Source: Nitrospirales bacterium
GTDB taxonomy: Bacteria; Nitrospirota; Nitrospiria; Nitrospirales; UBA8639
Length of the DNA: 64,000 bases
Assembly: GCA_963555755.3 (NCBI GenBank)
Contig: OY820905.2
Location: 608,001-672,000 of the forward strand
Reading direction: 5' to 3'
A model generated the notes under the pieces. The model was given only the letters and a program-made list of their open reading frames with translations, had not been told where the DNA came from and did not search any database. Every line of letters starts with the position of its first letter. Position 1 is the stretch's first letter. Below, piece after piece: positions 53,825 through 64,000 of the stretch. Both the position numbers and the translations under genes were made by a program.

Positions 53825-54583
53825 ATGAAATGTCATGAAGTTAATTACCACATTATTGGACACGAAATGCAGGTAGTCGAAGTAGAGTTGGATCCAGGGG
53901 AAACAGTCATCGCTGAAGCCGGAGCCATGAATTATTTCGAAGAAGGCATTAGTTTCGAGGCGAAAATGGGGGATGGCTCAACACCTGACGAAGGCATCAT
54001 GGGAAAATTATTTGGTGCGGGGAAACGCATGCTGATCGGAGAGTCGATGTTTCTCACGCACTTTACCAATCGAGGAACTGGAAAAAAATGTGTGGCCTTT
54101 TCTGCGCCCTATCCCGGTTCCATCATCCCGCTCAACATGTCCGAATTTGATAACGAAATTATCTGCCAAAAAGACGCCTTCCTCGCAGCGGCCTTAGGCA
54201 CGAGTATCCACATTACCTTTCAACGGCAACTCGGCACAGGGTTTTTTGGTGGAGAAGGATTTATCTTAGAAAAACTTGTCGGTGATGGCATGGTCTTTAT
54301 TCATGCCGGCGGAACCGTGGTCAGAAAAGATCTTCAAGGTGAAACGTTAAGATTAGACACTGGCTGCCTGGTCGCTTTTACGCCAGGAATCGAATATTCC
54401 ATTGAATCGGTTGGAAGCTTAAAATCGATGTTCTTTGGAGGGGAAGGGTTTTTTCTTGCTACGCTTCGAGGAACTGGTACGGTATGGATTCAAACCTTGC
54501 CTTTTTCGCGTTTAGCCGAACGCATCGTTCAAAGCGCTCCAAGCCTCGGAGGCAGTCGCAAAGGCGAAGGCTCGATCTTTTAG
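53825..54583 (+). CDS. TIGR00266/AIM24-family protein
   Basis: [24 protein letters not shown] twice. Confidence 0.92.
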   Translation: MKCHEVNYHIIGHEMQVVEVELDPGETVIAEAGAMNYFEEGISFEAKMGDGSTPDEGIMGKLFGAGKRMLIGESMFLTHFTNRGTGKKCVAFSAPYPGSIIPLNMSEFDNEIICQKDAFLAAALGTSIHITFQRQLGTGFFGGEGFILEKLVGDGMVFIHAGGTVVRKDLQGETLRLDTGCLVAFTPGIEYSIESVGSLKSMFFGGEGFFLATLRGTGTVWIQTLPFSRLAERIVQSAPSLGGSRKGEGSIF

Positions 54584-55231
54584 GTTTTCTTGGCCACATG
54601 AGAGACAGGGATGAATCTTTTCGCTCATTGCCTTTCAAAACCAAATAATTTCTTCACACGTTTATTTTTGACGGTTTTTGCATTTCTCCCACAATTCTCC
54701 CCTGTTGTGAATTGGCGGCACACAGTGCAACCCTCAAGCTGACTACCCCCGTAGCGCTCGTTGCACTCGCCCTTAAACAAAGTAATAGTGGTTGGATCCC
54801 AAATGTCCGCGCAATCTCTTGGCGCACATTTTTTTTGCGTCTACCTGCCATTTCCAAATAATGTAACAAACCCTCATCGCAACCGGTTAAAAAAAGATGC
54901 TGAGGCCCTTCCAAAAAAAATGGCCGGAAAATCGAAACCTCAGAAGACTATCCACAGCCAAACCGACAAGTATTAATGCAAATGTCGGTATTTCACTGAC
55001 ATGCAGTCATTAACATTCTGTTCAGCTCAATCCAGACTCGCTGGTTGCATCTGTAGCAATCCCGGAGAAAGAATAAATTCTGTTGGATACCATACAAAAG
55101 AATCAAGCGGAAGATTCTAGTAAGAACATAGGGCAGGCTGTCCCATCGTCCGAAAAAACTGAAGACGAAAACCAGCCAAGCCCCGACTTACCATTCTTCG
55201 AGGTATCCCGATTAAAACGGAGGTCGAATCA

Positions 55232-55525
55232 ATGAATCGGACGTTACGAGACTGCACGTGCATCAATATCGATTCTCAGGGAGCCCTCCTGGATTTGGGG
55301 GAAGCCACATGCCCGGAGCTTCCAGTGGAAAGCAAGCTGTTTGTTATTCTCCAACTTGCCGGTGAAACCGTGAAACTCCCAGGGATCGTCCGACACCGAA
55401 AAGGAAACGTGTTGGGGATTTTCTTTCCCATCGAAGGCGATCCCAATTTCGAAGAAGAAAGAAAAGTGTTTTCCATTATCCTCCAAACCCTCGAACGAGG
55501 AATCGAACGAAGAACAAAGCGCTAA
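55232..55525 (+). CDS. PilZ-like domain protein (degenerate)
   Basis: NIDSQGALL, GIVRH..LGIFF; RxxxR motif absent from the ORF. Confidence 0.6.
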   Translation: MNRTLRDCTCINIDSQGALLDLGEATCPELPVESKLFVILQLAGETVKLPGIVRHRKGNVLGIFFPIEGDPNFEEERKVFSIILQTLERGIERRTKR

Positions 55526-55741
55526 CCCTATTCCCCTCACCCTCTTTTTCCGTTTTTCATTTTTCTCGATACTCTTCTCCTCGCTGACAAGCACTTTTTT
55601 TCCTTCTCCTTTTTATTTCCATCTGCTCCAATAGTTCCATCACGCCTTTCCGTTGCCTGAACATTTCTGTTAGGATTTTTCTGCAATAGGAATTTAGCTT
55701 GCGGTTTGAAGAAGCCGATTCAAATTGAAAGGAGAGATCTC

Positions 55742-56539
55742 ATGCGCCCATCTGCCACAATGTTCACAGCGGCTTTCCTTTTCGCTTCCCTTTTTACCGG
55801 TCAGGCGGGCCACGCCTTTCCCATCAGTTCCTATGCCTGGACCGATGCACAGTGGGAAAAACGGTGCGCCAACGTTCGCACTTCCTATAACCCGAACGCA
55901 CCTCTTCATAGCACGCAACTCACCATTTCGCACAAGGACCCACGATTCATCGACTTTCTCCATTGGGTGTGGGCCAATAAAATTATCGAGCATCAAGTCG
56001 AACAGGTCGGGGGCACTGAATGGGATGGTCCAACGAACGGCGTCATCTTTCACTGGGCGCCTGGGTCACGATGGGAAATGCATACGGTGGCGCCTTTTAA
56101 ACACGCCATTCACCACCTCACTGAAGAACATAATTGGGTCGATACGATGTTTAGCGATTTCTTTGATCAATTCAGCAAAAGTACAGGCGTGAGCATTGCC
56201 GAAAGACTTTCCGCAGACAAAGCCCCGACCTGGGCCATGTTTCTCAAGCATATTGGCGGTCCGGAAAGCCCGTACTATCGATACGTGTTTCATCAGGAAA
56301 GTTACATCGATACTGTCAACCAAAAAATCATCATGGTCGGTGGCCAAGGTGTCGAGTTTCACTATTCCTACGATCGGTATATGCACGAAGTGAAAGAAGT
56401 CCTCACCGATTGCAAAGCCTTTCAATTCTTTCAGCTCTACGATCAATATGGCCAAGGCTTTGCTTCAAACCTCGGCTGGGCCGGCCAACCCCTCCCCAAA
56501 CGCCAGCAACACAGTCAGACAGAAAGCCCGACTCCCTAA
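55742..56539 (+). CDS. Secreted hypothetical protein
   Basis: aaaggag RBS before ATG 55742; signal peptide. Confidence 0.75.
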   Translation: MRPSATMFTAAFLFASLFTGQAGHAFPISSYAWTDAQWEKRCANVRTSYNPNAPLHSTQLTISHKDPRFIDFLHWVWANKIIEHQVEQVGGTEWDGPTNGVIFHWAPGSRWEMHTVAPFKHAIHHLTEEHNWVDTMFSDFFDQFSKSTGVSIAERLSADKAPTWAMFLKHIGGPESPYYRYVFHQESYIDTVNQKIIMVGGQGVEFHYSYDRYMHEVKEVLTDCKAFQFFQLYDQYGQGFASNLGWAGQPLPKRQQHSQTESPTP

Positions 56540-56719
56540 TCCAAGCTCTGACGCTGATAAAGGCACACCCTTCCCCATACCGCATGCCCTCAAAAATATT
56601 TGATGCTATGCTATAGGGGCAATTCATTCCACAATCGTTGAGAATCCTGCCACTCTTTTTTCCTATCTCTTTCTTGGGTCTATCAACACAGATCAACGGC
56701 AATAAACAAAGACAATAAA

Positions 56720-56972
56720 CGTCGGAAAATTTTACAATTTTGAAATACAGTGAAAAGTGACTCCAATCATTTGATTCCAAAGGGAAAATCATACCTATTT
56801 TTTTCTACACCTTCTTAATTGGTAGTGACACTGTAAGAATATTTGACGATTCTTAATGAAGAACAACATTACTCGAAAGAGGAATATTTTTTATCACCTG
56901 ATGAAATTCGCCAAATATTCTAACAAGTTATAAAAAGCAATTGACCTGTAAAAATTTTGGCACATAGATTGC
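56720..56972 (+). promoter_or_regulatory. sigma54 promoter with upstream enhancer-like sites
   Basis: TGGCAC-N5-TTGC at 56958-56972; cgtc..ttaca-type sites at 56720-56736 and (inverted) 56832-56848. Confidence 0.75.
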
Positions 56973-57031
56973 TTCAAATATACCAAGACAGTCCACCTTA
57001 ATTTTCACTTTGATTGAAAGGAGACCAATTA

Positions 57032-57751
57032 ATGTTACGAACATTTCAACGGCACAAGCGAAGACCTCTCATCGGTTTGCTAATCGCTGTAGGGTTGACG
57101 TTAGGCCAAGCCATACCTGCCCAGGCATTAAATTTTGGATTTGAAATTTTCAATGTAAACGGCAATGTAAATGGATCTGTTACCGGGAGAATCCTGGGGT
57201 TGAATGATAATATGGTTAATCAGGCTGCATCCAGCGTCATCATTGATACTCTTCCAGAAGTATTTTCCCCAGTAGGGTCTATCCCAAACCCAGGAGGTTT
57301 TGGTAGCAATGTTCTCCCGTGGACTGAATTCACTGCAAACAATTTCTCCGTAGCTAACGGGGACATCACATCGTATGATGTCCGTCGTTCCACCGGCGTT
57401 GGGGGACAATTGTTTTTCCTCTCGGATACCCAGTTTGGTGGAGAAGCATTTTTAGGTGAAGATGTTAATGGAGACGGATTTTCAAATGACTTGCTGACAG
57501 GATCCCTGGACTTAGGAAGTCCGCAAAACGTTGTTTTCACACCTCTGAGTCAACCTAACAAAATATTCTTAGTTAAGATGCATTTGAGTCAAAGGAATGT
57601 GGGAACAGTCGACACAATGTTTAAAGCCCCAGAACTTTTCTTTGACATCATCTTGGCTCCCCCCCATCCCGTCCCAGAACCCAGCACCATGATTCTCTTG
57701 GTCAGCGGCTTGGCCGGAATCGTTGGCTGGCGTGCGAAAAAACGCAGCTAA
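57032..57751 (+). CDS. PEP-CTERM sorting-domain protein
   Basis: Signal peptide; VPEPST + TM + RAKKR tail; aaaggag RBS. Confidence 0.92.
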   Translation: MLRTFQRHKRRPLIGLLIAVGLTLGQAIPAQALNFGFEIFNVNGNVNGSVTGRILGLNDNMVNQAASSVIIDTLPEVFSPVGSIPNPGGFGSNVLPWTEFTANNFSVANGDITSYDVRRSTGVGGQLFFLSDTQFGGEAFLGEDVNGDGFSNDLLTGSLDLGSPQNVVFTPLSQPNKIFLVKMHLSQRNVGTVDTMFKAPELFFDIILAPPHPVPEPSTMILLVSGLAGIVGWRAKKRS

Positions 57752-57783
57752 GATTGTACTCTCGATAAACCTAACGTTGATTC

Positions 57784-57817
57784 AACCGCTCTACATCTTA
57801 CCGTGTAGGGCGGTTTT
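57784..57817 (+). terminator. Intrinsic terminator
   Basis: aaccgctctaca...tgtagggcggtttt. Confidence 0.8.
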
Positions 57818-57870
57818 GTTTTACTACTCTTTCACACGCCTTGGGCGCGGAGGCGGAGGGACCCCCATGG

Positions 57871-58012
57871 CAATGGCATTCGCTTAAGCGTAAAATCGCC
57901 TAAAAGTCGATACTTTTAACTTTTTCTATTTTTATAACATGTTGTTTTATTAGGATAAAATTTTTTTACTTTTTATAATTTTTTGTGATTTCGCCTTAAC
58001 CGAATGCCATTG
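57871..58012. mobile_element. AT-rich MITE with 10-bp TSD (IS4-like ends)
   Basis: TIR caatggcattcg.ttaag; TSD acccccatgg at 57861-57870 and 58013-58022. Confidence 0.85.
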
Positions 58013-58279
58013 ACCCCCATGGGGCCGCGCACGGGCAAACATGGTTTTGAGTCCTTTGGCCGAAACAAAAGCCTGTCCTGAGCTTGCCGAAGGAGCCTCG
58101 TCGCGCGGGGACGAAACCCTGCATAAAAATAATTCTGACAATAAAATTACCAGTCCAGAACTACAGATTTCTCCCTTCCTCCTTCGCAGGAGCTTCGGAG
58201 GACAAGCCGGTTGAAATGACACCCTAAATATCCACCTACCTTGCTTGCTCCAACCTCTCGTTCATGAGACACTTTTAAA

Positions 58280-59230
58280 ATGGAGTCGTCTCCCTTGTCC
58301 AATCAGGCCCTCACCCATCGGTTGTATTGGGGCCTCGCCATCAATGCCGTGATTATTGTCGCGGAATTCACCGGTGGCTACTTGATCAACAGCATTGGGT
58401 TGATGAGCGACGCCGGACATAACCTCATTGACCAAGGGGCTCTTTTTCTCGCCCTGTACGCTCATGTGCTCGCGGCTAAGCCTGCGACTGAAGAACGTAC
58501 CTTTGGGTATCACCGAGCAGGGATCCTCGCGGCCTTTGTCAACGGGTTTGTGTTGCTGCTGACAGCAGCCTTCCTTGGGTACTTGGCCCTGAGTCGATTT
58601 TTTACCCCAGTCGATGTTCCCGGAGGCTGGATCATCACCATTGCCAGCGTAACCTTCATTGCGAACCTGGCTGTGGCATTGTTGCTTCAAGCAGGAGCAA
58701 AAGACGATATAAATATTCGTGGCGCCTTTTTGCATATGCTGGCGGATGCGTGGGTATCACTGGGGGTGGTGTTGTGCGGAGTAGGCATTTTGTTGGGAGG
58801 ATGGACTTGGCTGGATCCGCTGATCAGTCTCCTCATTATCGGAGTGATCGTGAAAGGTGCGTGGCCGATTTTTCGTGAGTCGCTTGAGGTTCTGTTGGAA
58901 TCAACCCCGCCCGGAATAAAAACCACGCATGTGGTTGAAGCCATTGAGCAGATTCAAGGAGTAGACAATGTTCATGACCTGCATATTTGGGCGGTGGAAC
59001 CACGTCTCGTGATGCTCACATGCCATGTCATGGTGAACCGAGACAGCACACACCTTAAAGATGAAATGCTCTCGACGATTCGGGCACAGGTCGCATCGGA
59101 ATTTGGTATTCACCATTTGACCATTCAACTGGAAACCGAATGTGCCCAGGACAACAGCCAGCATTGCGATCTGAATCAACTGCCCCCCCGTTCGGCTTCC
59201 CCGGATTCAGACCACGCGCATTTGCACTAA
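58280..59230 (+). CDS. Cation diffusion facilitator transporter (CzcD/ZitB-like)
   Basis: SDAGHNLID, TFGYHR, AFLHMLAD, VHDLHIW, His tail. Confidence 0.93.
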   Translation: MESSPLSNQALTHRLYWGLAINAVIIVAEFTGGYLINSIGLMSDAGHNLIDQGALFLALYAHVLAAKPATEERTFGYHRAGILAAFVNGFVLLLTAAFLGYLALSRFFTPVDVPGGWIITIASVTFIANLAVALLLQAGAKDDINIRGAFLHMLADAWVSLGVVLCGVGILLGGWTWLDPLISLLIIGVIVKGAWPIFRESLEVLLESTPPGIKTTHVVEAIEQIQGVDNVHDLHIWAVEPRLVMLTCHVMVNRDSTHLKDEMLSTIRAQVASEFGIHHLTIQLETECAQDNSQHCDLNQLPPRSASPDSDHAHLH

Positions 59231-59239
59231 CATAAAACA

Positions 59240-59402
59240 ACTCCGAAACTCGAATATCGAAATCCGAACTAATTTCCAATGACCAAACCTCCAATAAGGA
59301 AAACGCTAGGAGTCAGCCGATAAAACTTGGGGTTTCGTTTGAAACATTCGAATTTGGTATTTCGAATTTGTTTCGGATTTTGATATTCGCATTTCGAGTT
59401 TT
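59240..59402. repeat. Heptamer-periodic inverted repeat element (family F, copy 2)
   Basis: gaatatcgaaatccgaa ... ttcggattttgatattc. Confidence 0.75.
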
Positions 59403-59454
59403 AAAAAAAATAAAAAGCCATAAGTCCGCAGAAATATTTACCCACAGGACCTTT

Positions 59455-60000
59455 TCACACCACCTGAGTTCCTTTTTGAAACCATTTTGATCGAATCACG
59501 GCGTAGCCTAGAGTCATCCCCACCATGCCACCCAGCCCCCACCCGGCTAAGACATCTGTTGGGTAATGCGCTCCAAGATAGATTCTGGACAATCCCACAA
59601 CCATCATCATCGTACCGACGACCCATCTGCATGATGGAAACACCACCCACAAAAACGCGGCAGCCGTTGCCGAGTTCATGGCATGATTTGAAGGCATGCT
59701 AAACGACCCACCACAACCCACGAGCTCCTGCATATGTAAAAACACCTGACAGGGTCGTGGCCGCGCAAAATAATTCTTTAGCTGCAGCCCAATAAAATCA
59801 CTCATACCAATGGCCATCCCCAATACCGGTGCTGCCACTATCCCTTGTTTCCAATTTAACCAGGTTCGATATCCCAAAAACGCCAACGCCAGGATCACAA
59901 AGTTGCCCGCATTGGAACACTCCAAGATAACCCAATCCAGCGCATCGGATTGACCGGCCCAACCATTGATTTCAAAAAACAACCTACTATCCCAGTTCAC
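59455..60000 (-). CDS. PAP2-family phosphatase
   Basis: K...RPRP, SMPSNH, SRIYLGAHYPTD. Confidence 0.92.
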   Translation of the reverse strand: MNWDSRLFFEINGWAGQSDALDWVILECSNAGNFVILALAFLGYRTWLNWKQGIVAAPVLGMAIGMSDFIGLQLKNYFARPRPCQVFLHMQELVGCGGSFSMPSNHAMNSATAAAFLWVVFPSCRWVVGTMMMVVGLSRIYLGAHYPTDVLAGWGLGGMVGMTLGYAVIRSKWFQKGTQVV

Positions 60001-60021
60001 GACTGTGAGTCTCCTTACTTA

Positions 60022-60200
60022 GGGCCTATGAAACAATAACTTGACAAAATCGCATCCCATCTTCGGGCCATCTTTGAACGCGCCTCAATCGAAAAAACCT
60101 CAACATAGGCATGCTATGCCTCGATTTTTTCTCAATCGTTACGTCCAATTCCGACCCAAATCTGGGCGCGATTTTGTCCAAGTTGTTGTTTCACAGGCCC
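60022..60200. mobile_element. MITE family C
   Basis: TIR gggcct.tgaaacaa.aactt; TTA duplicated. Confidence 0.85.
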
Positions 60201-60254
60201 TTACTTCTTTCAATATGGACGATATGTTAAGATTAGATTCTATTATTGATGAAA

Positions 60255-60376
60255 GGGGCTGTTGAAAAAGGCCCGTCCAGCAAGGCCGCAGGCGCTTTGG
60301 CGCGCGGAGCGTACTCATAGTACGTGAGCACGGCAAAGCGCCGAGAACGCCGCTGGCGGCCTTTTTCCACAGCCCC
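60255..60376. mobile_element. MITE family A, copy 6
   Basis: TIR ggggctgt.gaaaaaggcc and shared core. Confidence 0.8.
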
Positions 60377-60394
60377 TCAAAGGACCATTTTTCT

Positions 60395-61174
60395 ATGCTG
60401 ATTGATAGCCATGTGCATTTAGATGACCCGCGCTATGACCAAGACCGTGACCAGGTCTTTCAACGGGCGCACGAAGCTGGCATCGAAGCGTTTGTCACCA
60501 TCGGATGCGATCTCTCGACCAGCCAATCGGCTGCCAACCTCGCTGAAGCGCACGACAATGTGTTTGCCACGATTGGCGTTCACCCCCATGAAAGCAAAGA
60601 AATCGTCAATGGTTGGTACGACGAATTTCGAAAACTGGCTCAGCAACCCAAGATTGTGGCCTATGGAGAAATTGGCCTCGATTATCATTATGATCATTCC
60701 CCGCGAGATGTCCAACGTCAGCGATTTCGAGAGCAGGTTCAGTTAGCCAAGGAGCTTCATCTCCCCATTGTCATCCATACTCGCGAGGCCCAGGAAGACA
60801 CCATCACGATCTTGAAAGAAGAAGGCGCTGCTGATGTGGGTGGGGTGTTCCACTGTTTCTCTGGTGATGCTTGGTTGGCGAAAGATGCGTTGGACCTTGG
60901 ATTTTATCTCAGCTTCTCGGGGGTCATTACCTTTAAGAATGCTTCGATGCTGCGCGAAATCATCCAAACTGTTCCCTTAGATCGCATCATGGTAGAAACT
61001 GATTGTCCATACCTCACCCCGGTGCCGAAACGCGGGAAACGCAATGAACCGGCATTTGTTCGCCATGTAGCCGAGACCCTTGCCGACCTCGTAGGAAATG
61101 GCACGCCTTCTGCTTTTGAAGACATTGCTCGCATTACGGTGGAGAATACCAAGCAGTTATTTAAAATCCCCTGA
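60395..61174 (+). CDS. tatD: TatD-family hydrolase
   Basis: DSHVHL, GVHPH, GEIGLD, IHTREA, ETDCPYL. Confidence 0.93.
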   Translation: MLIDSHVHLDDPRYDQDRDQVFQRAHEAGIEAFVTIGCDLSTSQSAANLAEAHDNVFATIGVHPHESKEIVNGWYDEFRKLAQQPKIVAYGEIGLDYHYDHSPRDVQRQRFREQVQLAKELHLPIVIHTREAQEDTITILKEEGAADVGGVFHCFSGDAWLAKDALDLGFYLSFSGVITFKNASMLREIIQTVPLDRIMVETDCPYLTPVPKRGKRNEPAFVRHVAETLADLVGNGTPSAFEDIARITVENTKQLFKIP

Positions 61175-61712
61175 GCTGCCGGTTCCGGTTGCGCTGCGCT
61201 TTGGGAAGTTTGCGAGGATTGCCTTTTTTGTCCGGTCGTTTGAGTGAAGGCTCATCATCCATTTTTCCATAAGCCGTAGAAGCCGAATTCTTCGCCACAC
61301 GCCTACCGGGCTTTCCAACGTTCCCAACAGATTGCAGCTTTCTTTGAAACTCCTGCGCGCTGATAATGAAGGCGCCATGATCTTTCGCCGTAGCCACGAT
61401 CTCTAAATCCGAGGATACCACCACACAATCTCGTCCAAACTGCCTGGCCATCCGCTGGATGACTTGATCCGCACGCTCCCCAGCTTGCGTATAGATGACT
61501 TGAACACCTGATCGATGTTCCCGATGCTCCACATTGCGCTCCCGCCAGGCATCAAACACCACCGTGACAGGATGCCCCTTGCGATGTCGGTAACGAGACA
61601 ACTCTTGAATGAGCCGCTCCCGAACCTGTTCCCCATCTTGAGAGGACGACGCCATCCCCGTCCACCCTCGAACACCAAGGACATTATACCCATCAATAAT
61701 GACATGCATGCC
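61161..61712 (-). CDS. NYN-domain (YacP-like) ribonuclease
   Basis: IIDGYN, VVFDA, ERADQVI, VVSSD; start moved to the MGMH ATG. Confidence 0.88.
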   Translation of the reverse strand, partial: GMHVIIDGYNVLGVRGWTGMASSSQDGEQVRERLIQELSRYRHRKGHPVTVVFDAWRERNVEHREHRSGVQVIYTQAGERADQVIQRMARQFGRDCVVVSSDLEIVATAKDHGAFIISAQEFQRKLQSVGNVGKPGRRVAKNSASTAYGKMDDEPSLKRPDKKGNPRKLPKAQRNRNRQLRGF

Positions 61713-61780
61713 CATATCGAGAACCACGCTAACGCACACCTTGCTCACTGTCAAACCTGACGACCAACCACATTTCCATC

Positions 61781-63289
61781 TTGACAATAGCTCGATCTTC
61801 TGAGAAAACAAGAGAAACAGCTGTTCACAAAATAATGATCCTTCGTAGACTCATTCCCCTCACAACTCTACTTGTTTTCCTCAGTGTTCTCCCAGTTGGT
61901 CAAATTTCTCTTTTTGCCCAAACACAGAGTTCTGAGTCAAGACCGTTTGGACTGTCCCCAGTTGTTATCGCTAAAAAGGCCAAACAGACCTCCCGTGTTT
62001 CGTCCCCACTTCGGGTCAAAAATGTTCGCTATCACACACACAAAAAATATACTCGAGTGGTGTTGGATCTTCCTGCCCGAACTACCCTCAGAGAATTAAA
62101 GAATACAAAAAGAAATCGGGTGACCATTGAGCTTGCCAAATCACGACTGAGCAAACGCGCGTTGCGAAAAATCCAAAGTAGAGAATTTCCCAAATCCATT
62201 ACCATCAAAGAGGGAGCAGGTCAGACGGTCTCGATCACCCTCGACTTCACCGCCTTACGAAAGTACGAATTACTAACCCTCCGACACCCGAATCGCGTCG
62301 TGGTCGATTTATTTTATTCCAAAAAGAAACAGGTCGCGGTCTCAAAGCGAACACCGGCCAAAACGAAGAAATCAGCCAAGGTATCAGGACCACCACCTAA
62401 AAAAAAGGCGAAAAAGGTCGTTAAAAAACTCCAGCCTTCGACATCGACGAAATCAGCGAAAGCCGCGACTTCGCCGCCAAAGAAAAAAGCCATTGCCACA
62501 CCGGGCACGCCACCACCGAAAATAGCATCACCATCAAAAGGTAAGACTGCCGCAAACAAGAAGCTTACTCCACCACGCTCTCCTTTATTCACCGCAAAAC
62601 ATGTCAAAGATTTAGTTGTGGTCATCGACCCCGGTCATGGCGGCAAGGATCCAGGAGCCACGGGAAAGAAGGGAACCAAGGAGAAGCACATCACGTTAAA
62701 GATTGGGCAATACCTTAAAGACCTGATTCAAAAGCGACTTGGCTCGACAGTGTTCCTCACCAGAAACAAAGATACCTTTCTCGATTTGGAAAAACGGGTC
62801 GAGTTTGCCAATAAGAAAAAGGCCGACATCTTTATTTCGATCCATGTCAATTCCCATCCTCAAAAAAGAATCAAAGGGCTCGAAGTCTACCACTTCGGCA
62901 AAGCCAGTGATCCTCGTGCGTTGGTAGTGGCTGCGCGGGAAAATGGCATGAAATTGGAAGATAACGCCCCCCCTTGGCAATTCATCATCGCCGACAAAGT
63001 GAACGATCAGAAAATCGAGCAGTCGCAAACCTTTGCCTGGACCACGAATAAAACACTCGTGAAAACCTTAAAAGCCTCCTATACCGTAAAAGATCATGGG
63101 GTAAAGACCGCTCCCTTCTATGTCCTTCGATTTACAACCATGCCGAGCATTCTGGCTGAAGTCGCCTTTGTCTCCAATCCAGAAGAAGAAAAGCGGTTGC
63201 GAAGCAAAGCCTTTCAAAGGAAGCTTGCCGAAGGCATGTATAAAGGCATTCAATCGTATCTCAAGACCGCCTTCCCGACCATATCCTAA
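61781..63289 (+). CDS. N-acetylmuramoyl-L-alanine amidase (AMIN + Amidase_3)
   Basis: TRVVLDL, K/P-rich linker, IDPGHGGKDPG, FISIHVN, SILAEVAF; start may be ATG 61835. Confidence 0.93.
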   Translation: MTIARSSEKTRETAVHKIMILRRLIPLTTLLVFLSVLPVGQISLFAQTQSSESRPFGLSPVVIAKKAKQTSRVSSPLRVKNVRYHTHKKYTRVVLDLPARTTLRELKNTKRNRVTIELAKSRLSKRALRKIQSREFPKSITIKEGAGQTVSITLDFTALRKYELLTLRHPNRVVVDLFYSKKKQVAVSKRTPAKTKKSAKVSGPPPKKKAKKVVKKLQPSTSTKSAKAATSPPKKKAIATPGTPPPKIASPSKGKTAANKKLTPPRSPLFTAKHVKDLVVVIDPGHGGKDPGATGKKGTKEKHITLKIGQYLKDLIQKRLGSTVFLTRNKDTFLDLEKRVEFANKKKADIFISIHVNSHPQKRIKGLEVYHFGKASDPRALVVAARENGMKLEDNAPPWQFIIADKVNDQKIEQSQTFAWTTNKTLVKTLKASYTVKDHGVKTAPFYVLRFTTMPSILAEVAFVSNPEEEKRLRSKAFQRKLAEGMYKGIQSYLKTAFPTIS

Positions 63290-63336
63290 TCCTGTACCCT
63301 ATTCAGGCTGTGTGATACGGCAAGCCTTGTCCCTTA

Positions 63337-63858
63337 GGGTTCGCGCAAGAATAACTCCCCATGTTTGGGCGTCGATCCATCCCGTCTGGCGGCGTTGCTC
63401 GTCCCTTAGGGCCTGTGAAACAATAACTTGGACATCTCGCATCCCATCTTCGGGCCATCTTTGAACGTACCTCAATCGAAAACACCTCAACATAGGCATG
63501 CTATGCCTCGGTGTTTTCTCAATCGGTACGTCCAAATCCGACCCAAATCTGGGCGCGATTTTGTCCAAGTTTTTGTTTCACAGGCCCTTCCATACTAGGA
63601 GTATGCGCAGTCCTCGCGCCTTGCCAGACAGGTGTCTCAGCACCCAAACATGGAGAGTTATTCTTGCGCGAACCCTTAGAGCCTGTTAAACAATACCTGG
63701 GACAAAATCGCGCCTAGGTTTGGGTTAGATTTGGACGTAACGATTGAGAAAAAACCGAGGCATCGCACCGCTATGTTGAGGCTTTTTCGATTGAGGCACG
63801 TTCAAAGGTGGCCCGAAGATGGCATGGGATGTTGTCTCAGGTATTGTTTGACAAGCCC
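63337..63858. mobile_element. MITE stack: B (63337-63675) containing C (63409-63587), followed by a C variant (63679-63858)
   Basis: TIR pairs for each element, separated by TTA. Confidence 0.85.
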
Positions 63859-63872
63859 TTACATGCACGCTT

Positions 63873-64000
63873 ATGCCCACCTATAAACTCACCATAGAAT
63901 ATGACGGCACAGCGTATGCCGGCTGGCAACGCCAACCCGACCAACCTACGGTCCAACGTACGCTCGAAGAGGCCCTTTTTCAAATTTCACAAACCGGCAC
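63873..64000 (+). CDS. truA: tRNA pseudouridine(38-40) synthase (5' part)
   Basis: [28 protein letters not shown]. Confidence 0.9.
   Translation, partial: MPTYKLTIEYDGTAYAGWQRQPDQPTVQRTLEEALFQISQTG

Noticed and set aside
54819..54838. sigma54 promoter ttggcgcacatttttttgc
   Set aside because: Spacing between GG and GC is longer than the strict -24/-12 requirement
58021..58120. c-di-GMP-I riboswitch (gcacgggcaaac)
   Set aside because: No GNRA-capped stem or GACGCAAA segment follows; the region looks like a palindromic repeat with inserts

Overview
Bacterial chromosome segment whose gene content and order look Nitrospirota-like (inference; no rRNA here). 1-21 kb is a nitrogen-assimilation cluster: two divergent GlnE-type genes (one fused to tandem ACT domains), glnA, two amtB, PII, a porin, and ntrY/ntrX. 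The porin-amt-PII-amt-glnA run is headed by a sigma70 promoter and a dual-hexaloop/terminator leader resembling ANTAR antitermination RNAs. An ~18 kb decaying island (24086-42368) is integrated at tRNA-Pro(CGG). It has a frameshifted tyrosine integrase, two divergent RHH genes, and envelope-polysaccharide cargo (GT2, SGNH-like proteins, acyltransferase). The GT2 gene is split by an ISAs1 element (DUF4338-fused, A-AAA-AAG frameshift site) that itself carries an IS1595. The right part holds housekeeping and secreted-protein genes, including a large modular protein broken by one in-frame TGA and a sigma54-type PEP-CTERM gene. At least six families of MITE/REP-like elements fill intergenic spaces, often nested in each other. 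No CRISPR array or rRNA was seen.
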